A DNA stretch of 64,000 bases from Vicugna vicugna (lineage: Eukaryota), in assembly GCA_013265495.1 (NCBI GenBank), contig MU057716.1, forward strand, positions 1 to 64,000, read 5' to 3'. How positions within the stretch are numbered: position 1 is the stretch's first letter; each line of letters starts with the position of its first letter. Made by a program: the position numbers and the translations under genes. Shown in pieces: positions 12,661 through 25,340 of the stretch. The notes beneath the pieces are model-generated. The model had not been told where the DNA came from and ran no database searches. It worked only from the letters and a program-made list of their open reading frames with translations.

Positions 12661-13465
12661 CTGTCAACTCTAAATTGTTAAAATGGCATTGCAGTGCACT
12701 CGTCAGACTTTCCCGAGTTTGCACAGGGTTTCCACACCCAAACCCAGTGGTAATGTCAAAATACAGATTCTGCCCCTGTGAAGCTGAGGGCTACACTCCA
12801 GAACAGAACAACGACACCCAGCTTCTGCCTGCCCAGGCTCTGTCTGGGTGACCAGCGGGCCACCCCGATGCCACCCTTGTCTCCTCTCACTCCAGATGCC
12901 ACATTTCGAACAGGACAAGTCCTGCAGTCAGTTCCTTGGGAAGAGGGCTCTATAAAGGATGTGAATAAGTGAGTCTGCCTCCTGTTCTTCCTGCGGTGAA
13001 CACGGGCCCCCTTTGTAGCTGCAACAGCCATTTAGGTCAAATTTAAGAATCTTAGCCCCATAAGAAAACCTCTGTTCCCCAACTAGTCCTTTCCCAACTC
13101 AAGAGTGCAGCTACTGACCGCTCACCGTGTGCCAGGCCCTGTCCGAAGCACCTGACACGAATCCACCCATCCCTGGCCCTGGCACAGCCCTCGGCCCTCT
13201 ACTCCATCCGGACTCGCGCCCCAGATGAGCCCATCCAGCCCCAGGGCTTTTAATGCCGTCTGTGCCGACCACGCTCACGTTTCTGTCTCCTCTGGCTCCT
13301 GAGCCCCAGACTGCTGCAGGACTCTCCCCGCAGCATCTCCACGTGGCTGGCTAGTCGTTATCCACCTTCCCAAACCGAATTCTTGATTCCTCCCCACAGA
13401 AGTGAAACACGTCCCTCAGCAGTCCCCAACTGAGACTGGTAATCCGGCCTTCCTGGCGGAAACCC

Positions 13466-13683
13466 ATGGCCTGTCTCAGCTCCCCTCGTCCCGTCTCCTC
13501 ACCGGGGGGCTCAGGAGGGGGACGTAAAGCAGCGGGACAAGGGCCTTGTAGTGATGGTGCTCCTACGGCCTGTCTCAGCTCCCCTCGTCCCGTCTCAGCT
13601 CCCCTCGTCCCGTCTCCTCACTGGGGGGCTTAGGAGGGGGACGTAAAGCAGCGGGACAAGGGCCTTGTAGTGATGGTGCTCCT
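13466..13683. repeat. Tandem duplication of about 99 bp with a nested 20 bp duplication in copy 2
   Basis: GGCCTGTCTCAGCTCCCCTCGTCCC...GTAGTGATGGTGCTCCT occurs at 13468-13564 and 13567-13683. Confidence 0.95.
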
Positions 13684-14277
13684 GTCTTTGGGGTCAGATC
13701 TCTCTTTCACAGGGCACATTTGGGGTCTTCCACCCCCTCACTCCGGCAGCGGTGTCTGGAAGTAAACCCCACAGAGATTCTTCCCCTTGAAGAGAGCTGC
13801 CCTTCGTAGGTGGGGCCCCGCTGCCCCTCCTCAGCGTCCTCTCTCGCCCAAGGGAGACTCTTGTCCCCCTGCAGCCTCTTGCCTTCGCTCTGCTGCCAGG
13901 GGCGTCCCCAGCCCGTCCCTCCTTTGACACTTCCCAAAGAGAGCCGAGCACCCGTTTCTGAGACCTGCAAGCTCAGGGAGCCTGGCACCTCTCTGTGCCA
14001 ACCTCCTGCATCCCCCTTCGAAAGAGGAAGGGAAAGGGGGAGAGATGCGGAACCTCCGACAGCCAGCCCAGGGGAAGTCTCCTGCACCAATCCCGCTCCT
14101 CCTCACGCTCTTCTTTCCTAATATGTCGTTTGAAGGTCGAGGCTATGAGTGGCTTTGGGCGGGGGCGGGGGGGGGCTTTTTTTCTTTTGCTAATAGAGCA
14201 AGTCCTCCATGGATACTCTCTTCAGAACATCTCCAGCCCCTGCAAACTCTCTCATCTCTGCTTCTCTCTCTCTGTCT

Positions 14278-14426
14278 CTCCTGTCCAATATAGTTGCCAC
14301 TAGCTACATGTTGCTATTTTAATTAAAATTAATTACAATTAAGCAAAATTTAAAACTCAGTTCCCTCAGCTGCACTAGCCACATTTCCATCATCACAGAA
14401 AGTGCTATTAGATGGCACGGCTCTAG
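14278..14426. mobile_element. MER3-like hAT-Charlie MITE, internally deleted
   Basis: CTGTCCAATATAG..GCCACTAGCTACATG...CCATCATCACAGAAAGT.CTATTAGA...GCTCTAG. Confidence 0.7.
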
Positions 14427-14738
14427 ATCCCAAGCTTGCGCGGCTCACCTTACCCAACGCGGCTTTTGTAGGTTGCACATAACCCAGTATGGCTGCCAAG
14501 CCCAAGTCCGTCTGACCTTCCTCTAGAGGACAGTTCCTCAAGTGCCAACAGATCCAGGTACTGAATATGAAGGAGCAAATGAGGTCAAGTGTAAAGAACG
14601 ATCGGTGGTGGAGGTTAGAGCATCCACCACGTCTAAAGGAGGCGACCAGGGCTCAGCCCTGGCCACTGTCATCACGTGAGACCCACTGCTCTGCTCCGGG
14701 CACTGTGAACACATGGTGACCGTGTTTTTACGCACCTC

Positions 14739-14743
<5 letters not shown>

Positions 14744-14770
<27 letters not shown>
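14744..14770. repeat. (CA)n microsatellite
   Basis: Read directly. Confidence 0.95.
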
Positions 14771-15214
14771 AGCATAATTATACCTAAGTGAACTATTATA
14801 CATGCTACTTTTTATCATGGACAACTTTTTATGATTTTTTTCCCTTGCCTTCCCCATGCATGCTCCCTTTTTGATTTTTCACCTTTGGTTCAAATAGTTT
14901 CAAAAACACTCTGTGGGCCAAACAAAACAGATACAGTTTGAAGATCCTCAATGTATCATTGTTGCCTTACACATACCCTAACTCATTACACACTCTATGT
15001 CTCTTGGTTCAAATTTTCTAGAGAAAACTATCTAATATTTCATTGGACAAATCATTGACCAGTGTATCTCTAGTCTATGCAGTTACAGAAGAGACCGAAG
15101 CCTGACACTTTAACATGAGCAATGGATAAAGGCAGCTCCCACACAAGGCTGCTGAGATCTGGAGCCTCAAAAACATTCCTGCTGCATGCTAAGTAGTCCA
15201 GGACAGTGCTTATG

Positions 15215-15430
15215 AATAAGATTTCTGGAGCCAGACTAGATTCGAATCTTGAATCCACCATTTTACTGTGTGACCTTTAGCCAGTTACTTAACTTCTCTG
15301 TGCTTACTTTTCTTTGTCTGAAAAATTGAGATTTATAGCAACACCTAACTTGTAGGATTTTTCTGAGGATTCAAGTGTAAGTGTAACAGTGTTTGGCCCA
15401 TGTAAATATTAGATACACATGAGCTAACAA
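15215..15430 (+). mobile_element. MIR SINE (other MIR relics near 770-920, 3820-4000, 17720-17850, 29130-29290, 31990-32140, 40230-40440, 44575-44830, 45050-45230)
   Basis: TGTGTGACCTTTAGCCAGTTACTTAACTTCTCTGTGCTTAC core. Confidence 0.75.
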
Positions 15431-18168
15431 TAGTATTATCTTTCTTTAATTTTCCCTTTATCTGAAGGGTTTACAATTGCAAAATCTTCCATTTAGCCCA
15501 CGGAGACAGGCTCCTTTTCTACATGACAGTTATCTCTGTAATATAACGAAAAGAATGTGTCTGTATTTTAGGAAACCGTGACTTCCGAAACGTGTGGTGC
15601 TTCTGCCTTCAGTGGTTCCAGACTGAGCAGCTTCTATCAGTAGCGTCTACTGTTAGCTGACATGGCTTTTGTAAAGAATGAACTTTCACTCAAAAGCAAG
15701 GCAGACCTGCTTCCTATCCTCAAGGAATCTCCATCCCAGGGGAATTAAAATATGTCACTGACAACGGTGACACAAGGAGAAAGTCACAGATGCCGCTGAG
15801 AAGGCAGTGAGTGAGCCCTGCAGAAACCCGGGTCACATGCTTCCTCCTCAGATTGAAATTTAACCCAACTACACTCTTGACAAATTAAGGATAGCTGTCG
15901 CTAACGGATTCATGTATACGACGTCATGCGGACAAGACGTTCACTCCGTGTATTGTTTAGAAAAGTGTAGTTTATAACAGTAACAAATAAGCCAAAAGTT
16001 GCAAGAGATTCTACGAAGGGAGCTTCCTTCTCACTTGTCATAAATTGACAAGGAGAGTGTCACTCAGGAGTCCAGGCTGATGTGAGGCTGCACCTCAACA
16101 CATGTTTCCACAGTGGTAAAAGTTAGTTTAAAAAAAAATTTTTTTTTGAAGCATGACCAGTCATGTTTCTTAAGATTTCTGCCTGGAAGAGCCACCCTCC
16201 ATTTCTGCTCATGGTTCATTCATCAGATGGCGGTGCCTGAGGTCAACAGGGTGAGAGCTCCCAACCCTCCCACTGGGGCCGGGGCCGGTGAGCAGGGAGA
16301 CACCTGCACACCAGGACTCACACGTGCAAACCAAATAGTAACTCCCTCTATTTTCTAGAACCGATCTCATCTCCCTCCAGTGGAGCCCAATTTCGCGTGA
16401 TGGTAAAAGATTCCTGTTCAGGGCTTCCCGGAGGTCGTCTGATTACTCCTGAGCCCCAGACCCTCTCTCCATCCGTCCCAGCTGCACCGCTCCGTGGTTC
16501 TTTCACACCCAGCTGTGGCAAGGCACATCTGTCAGCCCTGAGTCTTCATGGGAGCTCCTGGTAAGAACAGCTTCGTGTTCTAGAATCACCTTCCGGATCC
16601 CAAGGGACACTCTCGGGAACCCCTTAGGCTGGCGGGGCTTGCAGAGAGCAGCACAAGCACCCTCTGTGCCCCTACGGAAGGGAGAAAGGGGAGGGACCAG
16701 GCGCTAGTATACGTTCCACGAACTCTGTCCTCTGTAAGAAGTCCCTTCTCCTGTCCCAGGTGGCTTTATACTTTCCCCTCCAGGCAGGAGGAAGCCGAGC
16801 CAGTTCTGGGAGCAACTCATCTTGGCTCACACCTGACACGCTCTCATGGGGTGGGGATTTGGGTCACACTTAGGTGAGTAGTCACAAGGGAAGGAAAGCT
16901 GAACTTGTGGTCCAGGGTTTCAAGTTATGCCACAGGTAAGGCATTCATCTATGATGCCTCTACCACCGGATCTTTGAAGGTCTAGCTCATGACTCATCTC
17001 TCGTTCTCCAAAATGTCTAGTACGTACACAGGGCCTAGTTAATACTTGTGGAATGCTGAACGTATGACCTCTGAAGCGATACTTTGGAAAGTCCCTGACT
17101 GTCATTCCCCTACGTTCCCTCTGCTTCTGTGACCCCAGGTCCTTACAGCAGGACCCTCTGATGCCTTCTGTCCACAGGTGGGGGGGCAATATAATCTGGG
17201 GGCTAAGATTCACAGGTGCTGGATTTCACACCACCTGGAGCACAATCCTGGTTCTCCAGAGACGCTCAATCAAGAATTGAAAAGAAGCCAAGAATTGGGT
17301 CATGTCTAAAGAGTCAGTGCTGGGCTCTGTTTCTTACTTTACTAGGAAACACCTGTCTAGCTTCAGGTCAATCTAAATGAGGGTCTTTGAAACTGTAACA
17401 ACTTTTATTGTTGTTTCCACATTTTGAGTCACAAGGAATAGAATGCAGTTGCATTTCTCTGCATCAGCACACACACACGCACACACACAAGCACAGATAT
17501 TACACACGGAGAAGGGCATTCCTTAGCTGTTCTGATAGTAAGACAGTATGTGTGAAAAGTCTTGTAATCAGTAATAAGCCTTTAAAGTGTAAATCAATAC
17601 TAGTATAGAATGACCACTTTTGTTACATCTCTTGAACTGGCACATTCGTGGAGTGTGGGACCCTGCCCTTTACTTTGCAAAAATAGAACAGAGTAGACTT
17701 GACTGTGGCCATTGGTGCCACAAAGACATGGGTTTGAACTTGACTCTGTCACTTAATAGTTGGGATCCTGACCAAGACTCTTGATCTCTCTGAGGCTCAG
17801 TTGTACAACCTGTAAAATGGAGATAATAATGCCTCATAGTAAGACCTCAGAGGAGCGTTGTATGGATTACTGTATCCTTGAAACATTTAAGGGATGTGCA
17901 ACGTGACAGATCATACAAAGGGCTCAGGAAAGAGCCCATAATTACTTTTTACCTTTGTTCATATCACACTTTGCTTCTCTCGGACCCCTAGTCAATAATC
18001 CAGGAAAATAATGCATTTCTGGACAGGCAAGCACTCTCTTTTGAGAGCATTCTTCATGCAAGTATTGTAGAAGGAGGCTTAATTAACAACCAGTCAAAAA
18101 CAGGGCCTCTCCAAACATTAAGCAGCATCTTTTACCTTGGAGATTGAGCCAGTAAAAGCTAAGCAAGA

Positions 18169-18329
18169 GGGGGAGGGTGTAGCTCAGTGACGGAGCGTGT
18201 GCTTAGCATGCACCAGGTCCTGGGTTCAATCCCCAGTACCACCACTAAAAATAAATAAATAAATCGAATTACCTCCCCCTACCAAAAAAATTTTTTTTAA
18301 TTAAAAGATAATTAATTAATTATATTTTT
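18169..18329 (+). mobile_element. tRNA-Ala(AGC)-derived SINE (camelid Vic-1 type)
   Basis: A box TAGCTCAGTGACGG, anticodon arm TGCTTAGCATGCA, B box GGTTCAATCCC, (TAAA)n and A/T tail. TSD AAAAGCTAAGCAAGA 18154-18168 / AAAAGCTAACCAAGA 18330-18344. Confidence 0.9.
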
Positions 18330-18857
18330 AAAAGCTAACCAAGAAGCACGGGTGACCATATGAGGCCAGCCCACAAGGGTCTCTAGTGCCATGATCAGCC
18401 TTTGCTCAGCAAGTATTTGGCAGTTCCCAGCCCTGTTACAGCCGCTGCCGCACACGGGATGGGTGGCATCCACGTGCAGCGCTGAGACTGAGGGCTTTGG
18501 CACAGATGAAATGCGCTGCAGGTTGTCCGTGTTTCCCCCACCTCCATCCAGCTCACTCCCACCAGCACTCACAGAAACATCAGTGAGTCCACGTCCTCGA
18601 TGACCACGCTGTACAGATCACTTTATGTCTGCTCTAATTTCTAGTGATTCATTTAAAAACATTGGTAACTATCACTAGTCACAAATTACTCGTGACACCC
18701 CTCACAAAGGACCTATCTCAACTGGGGACTGCGGCTCCAGGTGAAGGCTGCTGGAATTGGTTTAAAATATTGATGCTAAGCGTTATTAGTGCAAGTTGCA
18801 ATAACCTAACCTATCCTATCACTACCTTCAGTTATAATTTATAACTCATTAAAAAAA

Positions 18858-18983
18858 ATTTTTCTATTTTTTTGGGGGGGTAATTAGGTTTGTTTGTTTC
18901 TTTGTTTAACGCAGGTACTGGGGATCGAACCCAGGACTTTGTGCATGCTAAGCATGTGCTCTACCACTGAGCTATACCCTCCC
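18858..18983 (-). mobile_element. tRNA-Ala-derived SINE (same family)
   Basis: Reverse complement reads GGGAGGGTATAGCTCAGTGGTAGAGCACATGCTTAGCATGCACAAAGTCCTGGGTTCGATCCCCAGTACC plus an A-rich tail. Confidence 0.9.
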
Positions 18984-20621
18984 TTTTCCTCAAATTTTTC
19001 TGTTTAATTTACCTGTTTTTCCTTCAATGATCCAACGTGTTTAAAAGGACAGCATGTTTTAGAAATGGCTTATTACATTTCTTATCTCAAACATTCGTCA
19101 TGTAGCTGCTCACGGTCATTTTGAATATCATGAATCAACTGCTACCCAGCTTTTATTAAACGGTTTTCAGGAAGGCATGATTTATAAAGCAACTTGTGTC
19201 AAAACATGTCTCCATTTTTCTTCATGTTGTATAATTATGATTGAAATATATTCACTCACCAGCACGTGAACTGCTATAGAGTTCATATGTGTGACTATTT
19301 CTAAAATAACTAGATGGAAGACAAATAAAATTAAAGGTATTAGTGTATGTGGTTAGTCTCAAAACACACTGCCCATATTAAAGTGTCTGTAATCTGGTGC
19401 CCATCTCAATGGGCCACCAACAGATGGAGTGCTCTGTCTGTCACATTACTTTGGAGCTTCTAAATGTGCCTGGTGGGAATTCCATTACTTGCACCAGCTG
19501 TACAGGTGACCTCCTTGCCTTCCACTTGCCACATTCAGAATAAATGAGGCAATTTTAAGCATGATTTTAAAATACAACATATGCGAATATGGCTGTACTT
19601 GACATATTTACTCTGGTGCCAAAAAAAAAAAGTCCTTTTGCTTTAATCCCTGGAATTATGGGATGTACGGTTTTCCATCTTCCAAGTCCTTCTGCAAAAA
19701 AGGTATTTAATGCCCTTCTACACTGGGAGAAATTTTTAAGATTTTTTTTAACACCTATAGAAGGGGGAAATAGGGTTTCCTTTCTGGGGTAGAACTTTTT
19801 ATAAAGAGTTCTTATTTTCTCATCAAACAGACTTAAACAGACGTAAAAGATAGAATTTGGGAGACATCTGGAAGGTATATTTGACCTAGAAATATCTTCC
19901 TTCTGAAGGCCTTTAAGTTCTCCACTGATGATGCAGTAGGTGGGGTCCAGCAGTCTCTGTCAAATGCAATTAGCAGGGCCAGGTTTGAAACCCAGTTCCA
20001 CTGCTACTATGCCCCTGCCCGTGCCCCTACCACACACTGCTTCCCTCGGAGGGTAGTCACTAACAAGTAAATGTGAGGGTTTTTCCTGAGAGGAAAGAAA
20101 TCAGTACATGAAAACACTGAGCAAAAAGAAATGAAGACTCAGGAAAAGGGGAAATGACACAGATAAGGAAGCTGGGAGGTGTGAAAAGGGTAATATCAAC
20201 TCCGGTTTTGCCTCCAGTTGGCCATCACTTTCTTAGAGCAGGCAGATAGCGAGATATGAGCAGAGAAAGGCGGGTACGGGCCAAATGGCAGGAAACCATT
20301 TGCAAACAAGGGGGTCTTAGGCAGACGAAGAAAAGCAGGAACCTCCAGCCTGATAAGAAGCCATACACCATGGGTTGACAAGTGTCCGGGCAGACAAAGA
20401 AAGGTGGGATACAGCAGGAATCTCCAGCATCTGAGTATAACCTTTTGCTCACTATGTCCTCATTACAGTAAAATCAGCTTTGCAGATAAGAAGCACACAC
20501 CACACACCAAGGCCATGACACTTCTGGTCAAGTCAAGCCTTTGATGACTGCCGCACTGGCCACCATCCTGACTACAGCCCCATGAGAAACCGCAAGCCCG
20601 AACAGCCCAGCTGGGCCACTC

Positions 20622-21310
20622 TGTATAAGTCAGGGTTCAAACAGAGAAGCAGAACCAGAAGGAAATACACGGTTTTATTACAAGGAACTGGCTTGTGTAA
20701 TCGTGGGGGCCGGCTTAGCAGGTCATAGGGTCGGCCATCAGGAAGGAAAGGTCACAAGCAGGCTGAAACCCCCGGGACACAGATCGAGGCTGTCGTTCCC
20801 AGGCAGTCAGGAAGGGACGATCAAAACCAAACGGCAAGCAAGCAAAGCAAGCAAGGCGGGACTCCATGGATGCAGCAGACGCTGCTGGCCACAGGCACAG
20901 GGCCTCCTTCACGTTCACACGCCACCTCTCTCTCCCGCCCTCTCTCACTCTCCCCCCACGCCCGTCTCTCTTGCCTAAACCCTCTTTTAAAAGGGCTTCC
21001 AACTGTTCAACTCATGCCCACAAAGGATAATCTCCCCTCCAAATGCATCAGCCAGGCCCACCCTAGATACCTCCCTAACTTAAAGACAACTGATTGACGA
21101 CTTTAATGACATCTGCAAACTCCCTTCCCAGCAGCACCTAGATCTGTGTTCAGTTAAATAATGGGGAGAAAGCATATGTGTGCTACGAGATGGCTGTGTT
21201 TCACCCCCCAGCTCTCACAAGGCAACATCTCTTGGAGCCTACACTATCTGCAAACATACTAGAAAGGGAATTCTGAGGGACACAGTTTAGCCCAGCCAAG
21301 TGGACACACC
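20622..21310 (-). mobile_element. MLT2-family ERVL solo LTR nested in an MLT1 LTR (about 20450-21415)
   Basis: TGTATAAGTCAGGGTTC...AGAAGCAGAACC...TTTATTACAAGGAACTGGC start and AGCCCAGCCAAGTGGACACA end. The MLT1 3' end GTTGATAACTAATACA follows. Confidence 0.65.
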
Positions 21311-21867
21311 CCAAACTCCTAACTCACAGAAACTAAAATATAATTAAAATTTATCATTGTTCAAAGGCTTTGGGTTTTGAGGTAATTTGTTACCTAGCAG
21401 TTGATAACTAATACAAGTTTGACTGAACAAATTGTCTGTAATCAAGTGTAACAACAAATGAAAAGCTGTGGCCTGAGGTCAGCTGAGTTTTATTAGATTT
21501 GTACTTTCTGAATTTGCATAATATATGTGAGTGGATGATGTGGGGGGTGGGAGTATGGTTGGGGAGGGGGGTACTTATTTATGGGTGGGGTAAGTTTAGA
21601 TAAAATCTTCATCAGAATCAGACCAGCAAAATAACAAAGTACAGGAAGACATCTTGACTGTCTCTAAAACACCTTGTGAGTCTTAGGAACTTGCTGGAGA
21701 ATAAAGTAAAAAGACTTAGAAGCCTACATTAATGGAATCTCCCTGATGATCCTACCACCTGAGGGGTGGGATACAAGGGGACAGGCTCTATGGGCAGACA
21801 CACCTGGGTTCCTGCCCCGACTTCCCCCTTACCAGTGATGTGACTCTGGCCACTTTGCATGACTTCC

Positions 21868-22558
21868 TGCTATGGACTAGACTGCGTTCCCCCAAAATCA
21901 TACGTTGAAGCCCTCACCCCTTGGGCCTTAGAGTGTGACTGTATTTGGAGACAGGGCCTCTAAAGAGGTGATTAAGGTTAAAAGAGGCCAGAAGGGCGTA
22001 GAAAGCAAACTTCTGGTTACCAAAGGAGTTGGGGGAGAGGTAAATTAGGAATATGGGATTAACAGGTACACGCTACTATATGTAAAATAGATAAACACAA
22101 GGATCTACTGTATAGCACAGGGACCTATATTCAATATCTTGTAATAACCTATAATGGAAAAGAATCTGAAAAAGAATATATAGATAGGTAGATAGATAGA
22201 TAGGTATAAACGTATAACTTTGCTGTACAAAGTTTTGCTGTACACTTGAAACTAACACAACATTGTAAATTGACTGCAGTTCAATTTTTTAAATTAAATT
22301 TTAAAAAGAGGTCATAAGGGTGGGTCCTAATCAAATGTAACTGGTATCCTGATAAGCTGAGAGAAACAGCAGGGGACATTCACGCAGAGGGCGGAGAAGG
22401 CGGCCGCCCACGAGCTAAGGCAAAAGGCCTCAAGAGAAACCAGGCTTGAGGCATCTTGGTCTCGGACTCCCAGTCCCCACGACTGTGAGGAAGGTCATTT
22501 CTGCTGTTTAAGCCGCCCTGTCCTGGCGTTTTGTTACAGCAGCCCTAGCAAACTAACA
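21868..22558 (+). mobile_element. MLT1A/B-like MaLR LTR containing an L1 3' end (about 21999-22303), all inside a MIR
   Basis: TGCTATGGACT...GTATTTGGAGACAGGGCC...GCAGCCCTAGCAAACTAACA. L1 TSD AAAAGAGGCCAGAAGGG 21980-21996 / AAAAGAGGTCATAAGGG 22304-22320. Confidence 0.8.
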
Positions 22559-24714
22559 CGCTCCCTGAGCCTCAAGTTCCACATCTGTTTAAAAAACAGT
22601 ACTTACAGCTCCCACGGTCCAGACCTCCCTTTAGGTGTCAGAGTCCTTGGGGATTTAAAAAGAGACAAAAACTTTCGGTTAAGAGGAACCTTGGATCATA
22701 TTAAAGGAATGAAGTCCAGCCTTGGGAGTCAGATCACAATCCAAACATCTGAGGCAGAGGTTTTATAAGCCAGAATATTTTCCAAGTCTTCTCCAAACAA
22801 CTCACATAACAAAATGAGAAGAAAACGAGGTTCCCAGGGCTGTCTTGTCTGGGAGCTTTATCTCCTTGGACAGCCCATGATTTAAGAGAACCCATTTATG
22901 TTCTCCATTGCTGCTTGAAGAAGGCAGTTATCAGCATCTTCCATAGTAGAGATCCTGGTTCCTCTCGGGGAAATGGGAGAAGAGGGAGGAGAAGGTGTTT
23001 GTTAGGAAATGAGAAGGATTTCCTAAAGAAATTACTTGGAGCAACAGAAAGATCAAATGAATAGCCATTCTGCAAACACCCAGACCTCCACAGCCACACA
23101 AAGCCATTCTGCTCTGACATCCTTAGGGAAAAACGAAGACAGAGGGAAAGACGAAATTTTCTACCTGTCCCACCTTAGTTTCATATTAAAATTTCTTGTG
23201 AGTAATGACTTTAATATACTTAATATCAACCTCAGAAAGTTATTATAAAGATTAATACAATAACTTATAAAGCACCAAAAATATAGCAGAGGCTCAATAA
23301 ATGCTTGGTCCTTTCTCCTTCCCTAAGGACAGCAAAGTCACCTCCTGGTGCAAGCTCTGGCATCCTCCAGCCTTCTCCTGCACGTCTCACACACACACAC
23401 CCACAGCCCTTCGCCCAGTGATTTTGAAGACTGTAAATAACAGAAGGCCCCACCAGGAAATTCTCTGAGGTGAGGGGTTTTCAAGGGGCATGTCACTTCC
23501 CTGCAAAGAAAGCCACTGTGTTGGCTCCTTTCCCGGAGCGCCTCACTGACCCTGTCTCCGGGGGGAGCCGTAGGATTTGCTCCAGCTCTGCTCTGGGGCA
23601 CTCTCCCCTCCTCCGCGTTCCACCCCTTTCAGTCCTGACTTGAGCAACGCAACAAAATGAGGCCTGGAGACGGTCTGTCCAGCTCAACGATGCTTTGATT
23701 TATACCTCAACGCTTTACCTCCAAATGCCTCTTCAGGAACAGAGAATCCATTGAGCATGGTTGGAATCATATGATTCAAACCCAAAATGACTTCCATATT
23801 TGTTCTTTTCAGACCTGCTTGACAGACTTTTACAAGCACAGTTTAAATTAGGTAGGGTCTCAGAGTCAATATTTTTTACCTTTTTTAAGATAGTATGTTT
23901 CTTTTTCTCCTGGCCAGGGAAAGGTTTGGGAACAATATGTATTTGTTTGGTCCAGGAGAGAGAAGGGGGGTTGGAATGTGTTTATGTCACATTTAAAAAA
24001 AAAAAAGAAAGAAAAGCGTTTAAACAAAGTGCTCAGTACACAAAGAGATGCCTCCAGAAACTGAAGAGGGGCAGACCCCAACATATTTAGTGTTAGAATC
24101 TGGCAAACAGGTCTAAAGGCTGCTTTCCAGACCTCTGCCCAAGAACCGTTTCTTTCTCTCAGAGCATCGATACCAGGGAATCAGTGGGCCAGAGAAGGGG
24201 GATGGATAATTGGGCAGCAGCACAGCTCATTTCTCAGTTGGCAGCCTCTTCAAGCCTTTTAAATCCTGAACAGCAACTGGCCTTCCGATCCCTCTTTCCC
24301 TCCTTCTGGCTGATGTCTGCACGGACTTCGCTGCCTCTGTACTGAGGGGCCTAGGAACGCGGTCCGCTGCCTAGACCAGGAACACCACCAGCACAAGCCA
24401 TCTGAACAGAAACAACCAGCCATTTAAGAGCACAGGATGTTTCCTGGTATCCAAGTTTCAGCCTGGACCGCATCAGGGAAGTTATTCATCTTGTGAAAGA
24501 GGGTGAAATAAAACAGTCCTTCCCTTCGGTCAGCAAGTATATGAAGAGAGCAGAATTGTGACCCTCCAAGAACTCAGCGCTGGGAACAGGCAGAACCGTG
24601 AAGCTATGCAAACCGGGCAGGAATTCCCCAGTTCAGAAGGATTAACAGCAGGCCCTTTGCAGAACCGTTTTTGAGGGAGTAAATCTCTTTAGTGACACTG
24701 AAATGAAAATTTCA

Positions 24715-24802
24715 GTGTTCAAAACATTCTCAACTCAGGTTGCACATTAGAATCACCTGGGGAGATTTTTAAGATAGAAATGCCTGGGTCCCACCCCCAG
24801 AA

Positions 24803-24839
<37 letters not shown>

Positions 24840-25340
24840 AATCTCCACCAGGGACTCTGATACACAGCTGGGACTGAGAATAACTGGCTTAGGATGTGCA
24901 GAAAGCTCATGAGCCGGACTGGAGATCAGAACTGTGGCTGCAGAAACAAACTCCCAGAGCAGATCGGCCAGACAGGGGAAGGCGATCAGGACCGGGACAG
25001 TGCAGGTGGAGGGCCTGCCGTGCAGACAGCCGGCAGCGGCCCCCTCCTGAGGAACGCGGGGTTTGTCTCAAAACCCAACTCTGACCATATGCAGCTTGTT
25101 ACATATGATTTTTTAAGTTTATTATTTAGTAGAGTGTCCAGGCTGAAGAGACAAAATTGGGATGTAACGTCTAGAGCCTCGAACCACAGCCCTTACTCCA
25201 GCAGCCGCTGGCATCACTGCATCCCCCAGGAGCTTCTTGGAAACGCAGACTCTCAGCCCCACCTGAGTCCTGCTGCAGCAGAACCTGCATTTTAACAAGA
25301 TGTTCCCAGGTAATGTATTTGCTCATTACAGTTTGAGAAA
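24715..25340. mobile_element. Two MER5A-like MITEs (24715-24880 containing (TG)n; 25170-25340)
   Basis: GCACATTAGAATCACCTGGGGAG and AGAACCTGCATTTTAACAAGA. Confidence 0.7.
24805..24836. repeat. (TG)16 microsatellite
   Basis: Read directly. Confidence 0.95.

Noticed and set aside
18169..18243. tRNA-Ala(AGC) gene (also 18910-18983, 32585-32659, 60091-60164)
   Set aside because: Heads have mismatched stems and are followed by a shared SINE body, A-rich tail and TSDs. They are SINEs, not tRNA genes.
19413..19432. Weaker CTCF-like motif CCAACAGATGGAGTG
   Set aside because: Lacks the conserved GGC/GCGC end; too weak to call without scoring.
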